Positions 1 through 10,770 of a stretch of 64,000 bases of DNA are shown piece by piece. Position 1 is the first letter of the stretch. Each line of letters opens with the position of its first letter. Under the pieces are notes generated by a model. It did not search any database and was not told where the DNA came from. It worked only from the letters and a program-made list of their open reading frames with translations. The translations under genes were made by a program, and so were the position numbers. Origin of the DNA: Cyanobacteriota bacterium (lineage in GTDB: Bacteria > Cyanobacteriota > Cyanobacteriia > Cyanobacteriales > Nostocaceae); contig JBJOKS010000011.1 of assembly GCA_046045965.1 (NCBI GenBank), forward strand, positions 64,001 to 128,000. Reading direction: 5' to 3'.

Positions 1-554
1 AACATGGGTTGATTCATCTGGGCTTGGATATCACTGCTAATTGCACCAGTGACAAAGGCGATCGCCCAAATTCCCCGTCTGGGATATTCTAATAAAACTA
101 CACGGCGAAATTTGCCATTGGAATCTTTGAGAACTGTTTCTAATAATTGCTTGAGGGTTTTGTATACTTGACCAGCTAAGGGTATAGCTTGCAGTATTCT
201 TTCCCCAAAATCTAGCAACCATTTACCAACTATATTCCGAGCCATCAAGCCAATTACCAGGATGCTCAGTAGTGGTACTGCTAGTCCGACTACAAAATTT
301 AGGACATTGACTAGTATAGGATGTAAACCATCAAAGGGATTTAGCTGTTTGGGGATTTGGGTGAGAAAATTAACTACCCAACTGGCAATAGTAATGGTCA
401 GCCAGATGGTAGTTGCTAGGGGAATTACCACCAACAAACCAGCAATCAGGTCATTTTTTAAGTCCTGTTTCAGGCGTTCAATTACCAAGCCCCGATTCTC
501 CTTTTTTTTGGCTACGAAAATTTTTGTGTTTGCGATCTCAAGCCCTATAACCAT
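1..554 (-). CDS. DUF502 family membrane protein, runs off the left edge (not in the ORF track)
   Basis: Manual minus-strand translation from ATG at 554: MVIGLEIANTK...LKNDLIAGLLVVIPLATTIWL...AIPLAGQVYKTLKQLLET...RVVLLEYPRRGIWAIAFVTG, typical DUF502 signature; frame open to position 1. Exact start uncertain. Confidence 0.85.
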   Translation of the reverse strand, partial: MVIGLEIANTKIFVAKKKENRGLVIERLKQDLKNDLIAGLLVVIPLATTIWLTITIASWVVNFLTQIPKQLNPFDGLHPILVNVLNFVVGLAVPLLSILVIGLMARNIVGKWLLDFGERILQAIPLAGQVYKTLKQLLETVLKDSNGKFRRVVLLEYPRRGIWAIAFVTGAISSDIQAQMNQPM

Positions 555-714
555 GACGAGGCTGAATAAAGCGCCTCCTATCACCAGGTTAATAGCTGTT
601 GGAAGTCATGGTTACTTAACAAGTGTTACGTTTCTTTGTAATACTTGTAAATGATTGTTGCAAGTTTCTCAGGTATTACTAATCCTAACGCGCTATCTGA
701 CCAGATGCCCAAAA

Positions 715-1584
715 TTATTTGATGATTGGACTTTCATCATTGCTGGGTTGCTCAATGTCTAGGCTGGGTGTAGGTAAATATTTCAATTCCCAGACTTTTA
801 GTAAAATTAGGTATTCATAGAATGCTTGTAAAGTACACCAAGCTAAACCAGGTTGCCCGTCTAAGCAGCCACGTAATAAAAAGTACATATAAATAAAGCG
901 GATCAGTGGTCTAACTGGTGTTCTCAAAGATACATCCTTGAGGGCGCGTCGTCTTTCCACTTCTGTTTTTCCGAAGAATAAATCTCGCCAGTTAACGTTT
1001 CCTTGTTGTAATTGATACAGGGTTTCTCTAGCTTCATCTGTAGAATAACGGTTATGTTTTTCAATCCAGCGGGTTAACCCTTTGCTACAGGTGTAATGGG
1101 GATAGGTTTCTTTGATAAAGCCGGTTGCACCGTCACAGACTTCTCTTTCTGTGTGACCATAGTCTGTAAACCAAACTTTACCGTGACGGAAAAGACGTAA
1201 TTGATAACGGGGATATTGGGTACTATAGCGAATCCAACGATTCATAAACATCACCCTTTCTGCAACATAGTAGGCGATGTAGTCAGGATTTTTGGTGGCG
1301 GCTAGACACTCAGCAAATAGTTCTGGTGTCATGCGTTCGTCGGCTTCGAGAATGTACACCCATTCGTATTTGGGAGTAACTGACTCTAACATCCAGGTGC
1401 GTTGTTTACCGTGGCTTTCAAAAGGATGTTGAACGATGCGAACAGGATAACGACTAGCTATTTCTACGGTGCGATCGCTGCTGCACGAGTCTATAACCAT
1501 AATGTCATCAGATAGCATCGCTGACTCAATACAAGCTGCAATATCTAGTTCTTCGTTATAGGTGAGTATGTAAATTGATAACAT
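715..1584 (-). CDS. Glycosyltransferase family 2 (positionally HpsK-like)
   Basis: GT-A motifs SIYILTYNEE, VIDSCSSDRT, ILEADER; directly downstream of the hpsJ-like gene. Confidence 0.85.
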   Translation of the reverse strand: MLSIYILTYNEELDIAACIESAMLSDDIMVIDSCSSDRTVEIASRYPVRIVQHPFESHGKQRTWMLESVTPKYEWVYILEADERMTPELFAECLAATKNPDYIAYYVAERVMFMNRWIRYSTQYPRYQLRLFRHGKVWFTDYGHTEREVCDGATGFIKETYPHYTCSKGLTRWIEKHNRYSTDEARETLYQLQQGNVNWRDLFFGKTEVERRRALKDVSLRTPVRPLIRFIYMYFLLRGCLDGQPGLAWCTLQAFYEYLILLKVWELKYLPTPSLDIEQPSNDESPIIK

Positions 1585-1684
1585 TTCCAGTTGTATAGAT
1601 ATTTGACTAAATTTGAAGTGTTTTGTCGCTGTGATTGATAATAAGCCGCCAATTCTAATTGACGGCTCCTACTCAGTAATCACA

Positions 1685-1896
1685 AAGAAGGCAGGAGGCA
1701 GAGGGTAGGAGGCAGGAGGGAAGAAGTATGAACATTTTAGTTCTCGGTCTAAAGCCCAGTTTAAAAGAGGAATTGTATCGATACGCATAGCGCGTTAGCA
1801 AAGCGGCACGAAGTGCAATACAAAGCGTTCTTGCTTCAATCCCACGTTTTAAAACGTGGGTTCCTCCTGCCTCCTGCCTCCTATCTCCTGCCTCTT
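1685..1896. repeat. Palindromic MITE-like element with GGCAGGA/TCCTGCC arms and an internal mini-hairpin insert
   Basis: Inverted (AGGCAGG)n ... (CCTGCCT)n arms; internal GC-rich GCATAGCGCGTTAGCAAAGCGGCACGAAGTGC and CCCACGTTTTAAAACGTGGG palindrome. Confidence 0.6.
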
Positions 1897-1906
1897 GAAC
1901 TATAAA

Positions 1907-2743
1907 TTAACGGGCTGGAGCTTTACGTTTAGCACCTTGTAAAGCACCCATACCTTTTAAACCTGTCCAACCGATGATGATATAACCGATTGATAACAAC
2001 AAACTGCTGATACCTATCCGTAGTCCAGATTTCCAAGCGTTGTCTTTTGCTTGTTTTTCTGCGTCTTCTTTACGTTGGCGAATTTGGCTGATTCTTTGTT
2101 TGGCTACTTCATTAGGATCTGTTTGCTGGGCAATAAATTTGTCCAATTCTTGGGGATTAGCTTTAAATTTCTTCAGTAATTCTTTTTGCTCTGCGGGCAG
2201 TTGGGGATTTTCAAGTGCTTGCTTATATCTCTGCTCGTCTTTTAGTAGTTCAGTAAACTGGGCCTTAGCTTGGCTTCGTGCTTGTTCTAACTGAGCTTTG
2301 GCCTGATCATTATTGAGCTGAGTGAGAAATTGAGATAGCTGGTTGTTAAGTTGAGATTCTGCTTGCTGGGCATCTTGGGAAATTTGATTGACTCTTTGTG
2401 TACTAGCTTGACGGACATTGTTGAGGTGGAGGGGAAAAATCAACAAAAACATCAAACCCAAGATGCTGGAAAGTATCAGAGATGGCAATTTTAAATTCAT
2501 CCCTGCGCCGCCACCTGTTTCAGCACTATCAAACCAATATGCAGCCAATATCATTCCTAAACCGACCATTGGCACAATTCCCCTGTCCACTAGGGCTGTT
2601 GTTAAGCCAATTTGTGCTTGTTTGTCAGTGGGACTGAAGCCCAGTAACAAAATCACAAAATCAACGAAAAAAGACAAAATACATACTATCCCAACTACTT
2701 TGAGTGCGAGGGAACTATTCGAGGAAGCAGCACGGTTAACCAT
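1907..2743 (-). CDS. hpsJ: HpsJ-like membrane protein (3 N-terminal TM helices, Gln/Lys-rich coiled coil, C-terminal TM)
   Basis: LVDRGIVPMVGLGM and LIFPLHLNN motifs, topology, and position in the hps-like cluster. Confidence 0.7.
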   Translation of the reverse strand: MVNRAASSNSSLALKVVGIVCILSFFVDFVILLLGFSPTDKQAQIGLTTALVDRGIVPMVGLGMILAAYWFDSAETGGGAGMNLKLPSLILSSILGLMFLLIFPLHLNNVRQASTQRVNQISQDAQQAESQLNNQLSQFLTQLNNDQAKAQLEQARSQAKAQFTELLKDEQRYKQALENPQLPAEQKELLKKFKANPQELDKFIAQQTDPNEVAKQRISQIRQRKEDAEKQAKDNAWKSGLRIGISSLLLSIGYIIIGWTGLKGMGALQGAKRKAPAR

Positions 2744-2850
2744 ATTTTTGTAAATTTTTTGTGAATAAAACTGTTTGCCACTTAATAAAGTTACAACTTT
2801 TTGAGGAGATAGGAGGCAGGAGGCAGGGAGATAATAAGAACTGATAACTG

Positions 2851-3489
2851 TTAACTGTTAACTGTTAACTGTTGCCAAACAGGTAGGTCTTCTGGACGGT
2901 CAACATCAGCCAAAGTAGGTAAGTATACAGATGATATATTAAGTCGTTGGGCAATTTCTACAGTTTGTGGAAATACTGTAGCAGTTCCCCAGGGGATTTG
3001 AGAAAATAACTCTGGGATAACTCGACGTAAACCAATTAAGTAATAACCACCGTCCAGTGCAGGTCCTAGCACTAAGTCACAAACTTGAAGTTTTTCAAAG
3101 GCTGATGCTAAAATGTGAGAATTTAGACCAGGGCAATCAGTACCAATGATGATTACCTGTTCTGCATGGCTGTCAAAAGCATCTGCAAGCGATCGCATCA
3201 TCCGCTGACCTAAGTCTCCTTCACCTTGATTTTTATACACAAAATCTAGACCTAACCAATTTTGCATTAGTTCCCAATTACCCCCTGCAAACCGAACTTC
3301 CACAGTTATAGCAGATATATTTTGTAATTCTTTTACCTGTAATATAGTATGTTCTGTCATCTGTTTTTGCAGATTAGCAGCACCAACTTCACCCAAAGCT
3401 GGTATCAGTCGGGTTTTTGTTTTCCCAGGTTCTGGATAGCGGGTAAAAATAATTAAGTGTTGTTTTGGGATAGTTAGTGATTTTTGCAC
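2851..3489 (-). CDS. TIGR04282/DUF2064 family glycosyltransferase-like protein
   Basis: FTRYPEPGKTKTRL, QGEGDLGQRM, IGTDCP, LGPALDGGYYLIGL, DVDRPEDL motifs. Confidence 0.85.
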   Translation of the reverse strand: MQKSLTIPKQHLIIFTRYPEPGKTKTRLIPALGEVGAANLQKQMTEHTILQVKELQNISAITVEVRFAGGNWELMQNWLGLDFVYKNQGEGDLGQRMMRSLADAFDSHAEQVIIIGTDCPGLNSHILASAFEKLQVCDLVLGPALDGGYYLIGLRRVIPELFSQIPWGTATVFPQTVEIAQRLNISSVYLPTLADVDRPEDLPVWQQLTVNS

Positions 3490-3584
3490 AGGGTATTGGG
3501 GAATGGGGAATGGTGACTGGGGACTGGTGACTGGGAAGGAAGAATGAATTTATTACCAATTACCCATTATCAATTACCGATTTC

Positions 3585-4124
3585 TTAATAACAATATCTG
3601 CCACTTTCAGCAGTAGGATTTTCTTTTGCAGTTCTCAGAGTCCCTAAAATTGTGGATACAAAAACACAACGTTTTGCTTTTCCACCAGACTTACTAGATA
3701 GGGTGATTCTACCTAAAGGGGGTTTTCTCACACTGCCTAAATCATCAAATTGAATATTTTTTATATTATCAGACTCTGGTAAAGTTGTTTCTTCATCTAA
3801 CTGAATATGAGAATCTAAACTATTCCATACAGCATTTGCTGGGGTGACAGTAGCTGGATGAACTGCCCATAGAAGTATACCATTTTCTTCTCTAAAACTA
3901 GTTTGCCAGGTTAATTTTTCCTTTTTAGCTTGACTTTGGGCTTGACGCATAGCTTGATAAATTTGTTCTTGAGCAGTATTAAGACGACGACTATTGATAA
4001 AAGAAAGCCAACTTGGTACTAGTATTGCTGCTAATATACTAATCATAAACAGAACCATTAAATTTTCCAGCAAGGTAAATCCGTTATTTGATTGAGAAAA
4101 AGAGAATTTATATTTTCTGTTCAT
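3585..4124 (-). CDS. Type IV prepilin-like protein, FimT/GspH-like (HpsD/HpsH-like)
   Basis: Class III signal NG|FTLLENLMVLFMISILAAI; C-terminal RCVFVSTILG...C. Confidence 0.8.
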   Translation of the reverse strand: MNRKYKFSFSQSNNGFTLLENLMVLFMISILAAILVPSWLSFINSRRLNTAQEQIYQAMRQAQSQAKKEKLTWQTSFREENGILLWAVHPATVTPANAVWNSLDSHIQLDEETTLPESDNIKNIQFDDLGSVRKPPLGRITLSSKSGGKAKRCVFVSTILGTLRTAKENPTAESGRYCY

Positions 4125-4181
4125 TGTTAAATAGATGGGTATAGGTGACTGGGGAGAAAATCCATAATTACCAATTAAGAA

Positions 4182-5198
4182 TTACTTATACAAAAGTCCT
4201 TTTCCCTGAATTTTGATAGTTGCAGTAGGGAAAAAAGTCATTTTATTGGCACTGTAATTAATATTTGAATTATTATTGAGACGAGCTAGGGCATTACCGC
4301 GAATAAATATTTGTGCTGTTGTGTTTAGCCTATCAACACAAGCATAAAAACTGGTCATTTCCCCAGTGTTTGTATCATTAAAAGTTTGTGAAGTTACTTT
4401 TGACCACGTAATGTTAGGATTTGTAGAGTTAGGTGGACAAGTTGCTGGAGGTGCATTAGTGATAGTTTGATCAATATAGTCAACAAGGACCAATGTATTA
4501 GCAGTATAGGCATCATCACCTTTTTTCCAACTATTCATTATTGCTTCTAAAGTACCTGGTTGGTTGAGTTCAAAAGGAGCAAAACCATTACTCGGACAAA
4601 ATTCATCAGGGTTACTAGAACTACCTTTAACATATTTCCCTGGATATCCAGTACATTCTCTTGTGTTATTAATATCGGTATTATTGGCTAGGACACCATC
4701 TCTAATTTTCCATTTACCAATGCGAGCAGTTTTAGACCAATTAGAAGCAGAACGGGTATTATCTTGTATTAAGTAATAAACAACTAATGAATAGACAAAA
4801 GTATCATTTTTAGAGGAACTGCCGGAAATGTGCAGGACATCTTTTATTAATTCTCGCTGCCAAAAAACAAGCACTGGAACTCTATTAATACCTCTGGGAG
4901 CAGAAGGAAGTTGATTTTTGATAGCGTCTATACCGTTAGCATCATAGATATAAACAGCTTGTTTTAAATCGCGAGCAATGTAATCTAATGCTGCTTGAAT
5001 TTCTTGTTCAGAAGTTGCTTTAGCTTGTTCTTTTTTGTCTTTTTCCATCACATTAATCATCAAGCCTAACAAAGATGTAATGATGATAAATGCTATTGTT
5101 AAACCTACAACTAATTCAATTAAAGTAAAACCATTTTTGGCGTTAACAAATTTCGAGATTTTTATTTGTTTGGTGATTATAAAATTGATAAAATTCAT
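4182..5198 (-). CDS. hpsC: Hormogonium polysaccharide pseudopilin HpsC-like (PilW-like)
   Basis: NG|FTLIELVV prepilin motif, ALDYIARDLKQAVYIY, VPVLVFW, FYACVD; third gene of the hpsA operon. Confidence 0.7.
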   Translation of the reverse strand: MNFINFIITKQIKISKFVNAKNGFTLIELVVGLTIAFIIITSLLGLMINVMEKDKKEQAKATSEQEIQAALDYIARDLKQAVYIYDANGIDAIKNQLPSAPRGINRVPVLVFWQRELIKDVLHISGSSSKNDTFVYSLVVYYLIQDNTRSASNWSKTARIGKWKIRDGVLANNTDINNTRECTGYPGKYVKGSSSNPDEFCPSNGFAPFELNQPGTLEAIMNSWKKGDDAYTANTLVLVDYIDQTITNAPPATCPPNSTNPNITWSKVTSQTFNDTNTGEMTSFYACVDRLNTTAQIFIRGNALARLNNNSNINYSANKMTFFPTATIKIQGKGLLYK

Positions 5199-5305
5199 CT
5201 TGATATCAGAATTAGTGGTAATTGGTAATTGGAAAAAGGGAACAGGTGACAGGTGACAGGTAAAAATCTTTTCCTCCCCTGCTTCCCCTGCTTCCCCTGC
5301 TTCTC

Positions 5306-6019
5306 TTATCTACAACTTACAGGGGTTGGAGTCGCTGTTGGTGTGGGTGCAGATAGGGGAGTACCTAAACGCTGACATAAAGCCTGAAATGTAGTCCTAT
5401 CATCAGCTATTTCTGTGGTCATTTCTATTAATGGTGCTTGTGTATCACCCAGTCCATTAGTTATAGGAGATGCTGTTTGTTTAGTTGTTGCATCAGTGTT
5501 GATTTTTATGGTTTTACTAAAATCAATATCTGCGCGAAAAACTCGAATTGCTAAACGATAACCGTCGTTTTTTTCGGTAGTTTGTACAATTCTTCCGGCT
5601 TGAATATAAAATAAATTATTTGTACAATCTGTATTACTAATTATGCCATTTTGGTTGTAACAATATAGGTCTGTTGCTGATGTAGGTGCTGGCATTTCTG
5701 TGGTAGTTATTAAATAATCATTGGGACTGATAGTAAGATTTCTATGTGTATCTGTATTAGCAGAAAGTTGAGATACTATAGTTGGTGCTGTAACTGAACC
5801 AATTCTCACTCCATCAATAAATGTTCTTGCTGCTTGAGATGACATTTCCACTCGACGAGCTTGAACACGAATAGCTGTTGACATGACTAAAACTGGTGCG
5901 ATCGCTGTTAGTAATAAAGCAGCTACAACCATTCCTAATAATGACTCTAAAATGCTAAAACCAGAATTATGGTGACAGGTGAAAGTTTGAAAAATCTTAT
6001 CACATCTATGTTTTATCAT
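5306..6019 (-). CDS. hpsB: Hormogonium polysaccharide pseudopilin HpsB-like (PilV-like)
   Basis: SG|FSILESLL prepilin motif, TAIRVQARRVE, GYRLAIRVFRAD; start moved to ATG 6019 (MIKHRC) just after the hpsA stop to remove a 131-nt overlap. Confidence 0.7.
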   Translation of the reverse strand: MIKHRCDKIFQTFTCHHNSGFSILESLLGMVVAALLLTAIAPVLVMSTAIRVQARRVEMSSQAARTFIDGVRIGSVTAPTIVSQLSANTDTHRNLTISPNDYLITTTEMPAPTSATDLYCYNQNGIISNTDCTNNLFYIQAGRIVQTTEKNDGYRLAIRVFRADIDFSKTIKINTDATTKQTASPITNGLGDTQAPLIEMTTEIADDRTTFQALCQRLGTPLSAPTPTATPTPVSCR

Positions 6020-6023
6020 AGTT

Positions 6024-9000
6024 CTATTGACAATTAGGACGTTGATCTTGATCAATTGCATAAGTGCTGGTTTCAGTTTTTTTTGCACATAAAAGAGTTT
6101 TAATCCATTCATCATCTCGACTGACTTCACGAAAGTATTCATTTGGTAATTCACTAGATATTGTTACCAGTTTTTGAGAAAATAAATCAGGAGATTGAGA
6201 TAAAAGTCCTACATCATAAGTCCATTGTCTTGTCGGTGGAAGATGTCCAAAACTTCTACCGTTGTTAACAGCAATTTGATATTTAAAATCACTAAATTGA
6301 GTATTTATAGATGTGCTATAAGTTCCTGTTCCATAAGCACTTCTTTTCATTTGGATGAAAGCACCGCTCATTTTTAAAGTTATCGGAATGTTGTTAGGAC
6401 TCCAATTTTCTAAAAAGCGGACAAGGTTCGGTAAACCTCCGTTATCTTCCGTAGGACGACCTGGGTTATCTCCAGTAGCAGCAATTAAATTAAATGTAGT
6501 TTCAGTTGCTATTTGTAACCAATTATTATGTGAACCATTGGTTATGCTTGTGGTGTTATTAGGGTCTTCATCTGTAGCAAATGGTTTGTTAATTTGTAAA
6601 ACAGGTTGCCAATTTCCATCTTCATCAGGGACTAACCAAGGAATGAGAAATGTTTGATTATTTTCGTTTTTTGCTAATCTTGGTAATGTTTTTTCTGATA
6701 TATAAAAAGCTTGAATTTTATTGTTATTATCTACTCCGTATATAGCAAGGGGTGTTATTAATTCACCAGTGAGAATATCTCGTTTAAAAGCTAGTCTCTT
6801 AGGTAAATTTGGATCATTCCAACCGTTGGATGCTGGGTTACTATTACCAACCGATCCGGTTTTAATTGCACTCATTGGTAAACCTTCAATATTACCTCCT
6901 CCATTTCGCCAATTATTCTGTCCTTGTCCGTCATAAGCGTTGTAAGGAACATTCGTAATTACCCAGTTTCTGGGGTCACTATTACATTCATCAATATCTG
7001 AAACAGAACAAACTTCAAAAACAAATTCTCTCGCTGGTATTTGTTTGACTATAGGTGTAACAAAGTTATGAAAATAAGAGCTTCCTTGAAAACCATTAAT
7101 ATTTGGTTCTAAATCAACTTTGGGTATACCATTACTATAATAATTAGCAGTTACTGTGGGAGCATAGCTATTATATTTAAAGTGGACAGGACGACTATTT
7201 AATAATTCCGTGTCATCGCTATTATTGTTCCAGTCATAGTCTCCCTCATTTCTAAAACCAAATCGGAAATTATTAGAAAGTAAGGTGATAGAATCTGCTA
7301 AAATAACGGCATTTCGCCATTCATCACCACTGTTACAATTTGGTAATTTTGGATCACCTGGACGACAAGCAAAGTTAGGATTAATTTGACTACGAGTGTA
7401 GAAGTTACTCCAATCTGATGCTAATGCTGTGGTAAATTCTTCTTGGGTATGTTTATTAAAGTCACCTTTGATATAAACTGGTAAATTAGAAACAAAAATT
7501 AAACCTTTTTCTTCTTTCCTAAAAGTATTACTTGTACTACGAAAAAGTTTAGTTTCTGAACCATCATTACTTGTAATTAAAATCCCATTAGGACGACGGG
7601 TAGAGTCAAGTTTATAATCTACTGAACTTTCTAATTTTTCTGCTGTTGATGTACCTGCACTAATATCGGGTAAAGCATCATCACGACTTGCGTAAATAAT
7701 ACCACTATTGGGAAGTAAATATTCATCTGATATTGTCTTTGTCCGTAGTTGATTTAAGTCTATAACAGTTGTACGAATTTCTAAAGGTTGTCTATCTTGT
7801 AGCGGTAGATTGTATGATAAATCAGCATCTAAACTATTAGTTTGATTAGCTTTTATTTGTCTAGAATCTAAAAAAGCTGTTTCTTTAATTGCACCATGAG
7901 GAATAGGGGGAGTAGTAGCGGGAGTAATGCTACCATCCATAATTTGTAAAGCGCATAAAGCGGCATCAACAGCAGATTTTTCTGATAAGGTGAGGTTTGT
8001 TTTTCCTAACGCATTTCTCAGTGGTTCATTTACCCAGCGTCCATTAGGATATTGCAAATTAGCTTGATAATTCAGTAAATTTGCATAACTACTGACGGTT
8101 TTATTAGGTGGTGGATAGACTATACCGTTGTTAGATAAACCATTAATATCCTTTTCTATCCCTACCGCATCAGGTAATGTACTGATATTTTTCGCTGTGT
8201 TGCTGTTGGTAGGGATGTAAAAACTACTGATACAAGCTATAGGTGTAGGGTTGCTCTGACTATAATGAGCAGATTTGTAGTGATAAACTACGGTAGCTCT
8301 CATTTTTAGATAAGAGGTAGTTATGTCACTTTCAAGCAGTTTAGGTAAAATAAAATCTAGTGATGAATCATATATACTATAGGGGTTAATTGTTGTCGGT
8401 GCTGGTGCTTGGGGTACTGGCAACATATCAGACCAGATTTGTGTAGAAGCAGTACTAAAATCGCTGGTAGTAGCAGTATTATTTCTGGGTAAATAAATTC
8501 CTGCACCAGTAACTACACGCAAACCACCAACGGGATGTTCTGGGTTGTCTGGTACTTGCGCTGCTGCATATTCCCAGTCTCCATCTCTGTCGGTTGCTGC
8601 AATATCAGCTAATATTTGTACAGTGGTGCGACGGGTTCGGGTTGTGGTTTCATTACTCAAATCCCAATTAATCCCGGTAATATCTTGGGTATCGTCTATA
8701 TTTGCACTAAAAAACCGTTTTTGTTCATCATTCCACCACTGTTGAGGTAAGTTGTTACCAACTAAAGTTCTATCACCTAGAAATTGTTCTACTCCAGCTA
8801 ATTCTTTTTGGAGTTTATCAATGGGTTCTGTAGCACTAGGTTTGAGTAAATTACCAGTAATATTTAAAGATAATTGACTATTGTCAGGATTAACCCATTT
8901 ATCTAGAGGACGCAGTGTATCACCACTACCTTGTAATGGATTACTAATACTATTTACATCTCTTTGTTCATCACCAAAAGCCACTTCTGCAAAAGGTACG

Positions 9001-10418
9001 CGGCGGGTACGTTTTTTAAAATAAATTTCTAGTTGATGACGACGAATATTGTCATATTTATCAATTGTATATCCTGTCCCCATCTGTCTTTGTTGTTTAA
9101 TAATTCCTTCTTTAACTTCCTGTGGATCTGTTGTGAGAGAATTAGCAAATTGGGCATTAACTAATTTATTGATGCGCTTAGTGTAAGCTAAACTATTGTA
9201 GGCTAAATTGCTGGGTGCGTCTGTAACTGATTTATTGGCTTTAATATTAGGATTATATCCAGAAACATTTTCAGGATTAGTTGCTTTATCTTTAAATAAA
9301 TCTACTGTGGTTGCTGTTCCTAAATCGCTATCATCTGTCAATCTCCCCGCACCTAAATTACCACCGACAATGATTTTAGCGTTTTCTGCTTCGTAAAAAC
9401 AGGAATTGGGACTGCTAACTTGATAAAATCTCACTTTGGCTGAATTTCCAGCAGTTAGTAAATTGCTATTGGTAAAAATTCTCCCATTGATTTTAAAATC
9501 TTCTTCTGGAGTTATTGCTAAATCATCTTCATAAATAATGGCGTGGTTTGTGGGTGGAATTTGCGCTCTGTCTTGTTGATATTCTAAGGCAGAAAAGCCT
9601 TTATTACCTATGTAAATTTCATAATTATCTTGATTTGCTGAAGGGATAGTATTTGTGCTGGTGATAGGAACTGTAGCGGTGTAAACAAAAATAGCTTTTT
9701 TCATTCTATTTCCCATTCTAAACCAACCATTCATATCTACTAAATTTGCATTTTTCCCAAAGACATCGTGACATTTTGCACTTAAATCACTAGGATTCAT
9801 GGGTGTGGTTCTAGCTTCTAAGGGAGTTCTAGCACGAGTATATTGATTATTTATTTGAGGAGGATTTGTTAAGTAAATTGCATAAAGGGTATGACTATCA
9901 AATTTGCCATTATTATCGGTATCTATAGGGAATTTCCATGCTGTTTTCAGGGTTTCATTGCTGTTCAAACTTAGTGTAAGGGTGGTTTCATCACCCAGGG
10001 TATATTCATGAATATTATCAACTAAATTGTTATATAAATCTTGTTCTGATGGTAATGCTTTGGGGATTCTTTGGTCTTGAAATAGTTTGTTAATTTTCGC
10101 TCTGGCTCGATCTAAGGCTGGTGTAGCGGCGTTAATGACAATTTGATTAACTCGGACATTACTGGCGTGTTTAGACCTCTCAAATGACCGAAACATGATT
10201 GCCAAAGTTAGTAAAACAACGGCTATAGATACCATTGTTACTGTTGGTAAAACAAAACCTGCGTTTGTTGATAATCGCGTTTTTTTGCTACGAAAAAGAG
10301 CTTTTATTAGCCAAATAATTGTTTTTTTGAGCTTTGTTTTAATGGCATATAAAAATTTGAGGATTATCTTTTTAGAAATCCTAATTTTAGCCTTGGTTGG
10401 CTGATATTTTCTGGACAT
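6024..10418 (-). CDS. hpsA: HpsA-like large PilX/GspK-type prepilin-like protein (1464 aa)
   Basis: AG|FVLPTVTMV class III signal lacking Glu+5; AWKFPIDTDNNGKFDS, FSALEYQQDR, PPTRQWTYDVGLL; first gene of the pilin-like operon. Confidence 0.8.
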   Translation of the reverse strand: MSRKYQPTKAKIRISKKIILKFLYAIKTKLKKTIIWLIKALFRSKKTRLSTNAGFVLPTVTMVSIAVVLLTLAIMFRSFERSKHASNVRVNQIVINAATPALDRARAKINKLFQDQRIPKALPSEQDLYNNLVDNIHEYTLGDETTLTLSLNSNETLKTAWKFPIDTDNNGKFDSHTLYAIYLTNPPQINNQYTRARTPLEARTTPMNPSDLSAKCHDVFGKNANLVDMNGWFRMGNRMKKAIFVYTATVPITSTNTIPSANQDNYEIYIGNKGFSALEYQQDRAQIPPTNHAIIYEDDLAITPEEDFKINGRIFTNSNLLTAGNSAKVRFYQVSSPNSCFYEAENAKIIVGGNLGAGRLTDDSDLGTATTVDLFKDKATNPENVSGYNPNIKANKSVTDAPSNLAYNSLAYTKRINKLVNAQFANSLTTDPQEVKEGIIKQQRQMGTGYTIDKYDNIRRHQLEIYFKKRTRRVPFAEVAFGDEQRDVNSISNPLQGSGDTLRPLDKWVNPDNSQLSLNITGNLLKPSATEPIDKLQKELAGVEQFLGDRTLVGNNLPQQWWNDEQKRFFSANIDDTQDITGINWDLSNETTTRTRRTTVQILADIAATDRDGDWEYAAAQVPDNPEHPVGGLRVVTGAGIYLPRNNTATTSDFSTASTQIWSDMLPVPQAPAPTTINPYSIYDSSLDFILPKLLESDITTSYLKMRATVVYHYKSAHYSQSNPTPIACISSFYIPTNSNTAKNISTLPDAVGIEKDINGLSNNGIVYPPPNKTVSSYANLLNYQANLQYPNGRWVNEPLRNALGKTNLTLSEKSAVDAALCALQIMDGSITPATTPPIPHGAIKETAFLDSRQIKANQTNSLDADLSYNLPLQDRQPLEIRTTVIDLNQLRTKTISDEYLLPNSGIIYASRDDALPDISAGTSTAEKLESSVDYKLDSTRRPNGILITSNDGSETKLFRSTSNTFRKEEKGLIFVSNLPVYIKGDFNKHTQEEFTTALASDWSNFYTRSQINPNFACRPGDPKLPNCNSGDEWRNAVILADSITLLSNNFRFGFRNEGDYDWNNNSDDTELLNSRPVHFKYNSYAPTVTANYYSNGIPKVDLEPNINGFQGSSYFHNFVTPIVKQIPAREFVFEVCSVSDIDECNSDPRNWVITNVPYNAYDGQGQNNWRNGGGNIEGLPMSAIKTGSVGNSNPASNGWNDPNLPKRLAFKRDILTGELITPLAIYGVDNNNKIQAFYISEKTLPRLAKNENNQTFLIPWLVPDEDGNWQPVLQINKPFATDEDPNNTTSITNGSHNNWLQIATETTFNLIAATGDNPGRPTEDNGGLPNLVRFLENWSPNNIPITLKMSGAFIQMKRSAYGTGTYSTSINTQFSDFKYQIAVNNGRSFGHLPPTRQWTYDVGLLSQSPDLFSQKLVTISSELPNEYFREVSRDDEWIKTLLCAKKTETSTYAIDQDQRPNCQ

Positions 10419-10551
10419 ATAGGTAGATGCTACCTGTCAATTATTTGGCAGGTGTGGGTAGTGATTTATTGACCTATATATAGACGTTGGGTGGATGTCT
10501 TTACATAGGTTGATAGTTGTTTATTGTTATATGTTTGTTAGGATTTATATA

Positions 10552-10601
10552 CAGTATTTTTACTGGAATTTAATTGGATGATGGTTACTTCAAGAAATCT
10601 T
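10552..10601. promoter_or_regulatory. Putative transcription factor sites upstream of hpsA
   Basis: Palindrome CAGTA-TTTT-TACTG (10552-10565) and TTACTTCAAGAAATCTT with CTT repeated at 11-bp spacing. Confidence 0.35.
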
Positions 10602-10770
10602 AGAAAAATGGCAATGAATGAAAAAGATATGCTAATTATACCGAACTATTCGGTGATGAAAACATCAACTAATCTTATAAATTAGGTAATACACGGATTC
10701 AAAGACTTTTACTGACCTGCATGATAGAAAATCATTTATGAATCTGACTTTTCCTATTAATCAGTTGTAT

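Noticed and set aside
262..654. Plus-strand 130-aa ORF and the 37..222 minus-strand ORF
   Set aside because: Shadows of the DUF502 gene on the minus strand (1..554).
6020..6154. Apparent 131-nt overlap of hpsB with hpsA
   Set aside because: Disappears when the downstream ATG at 6019 is used; the prepilin motif follows that start.
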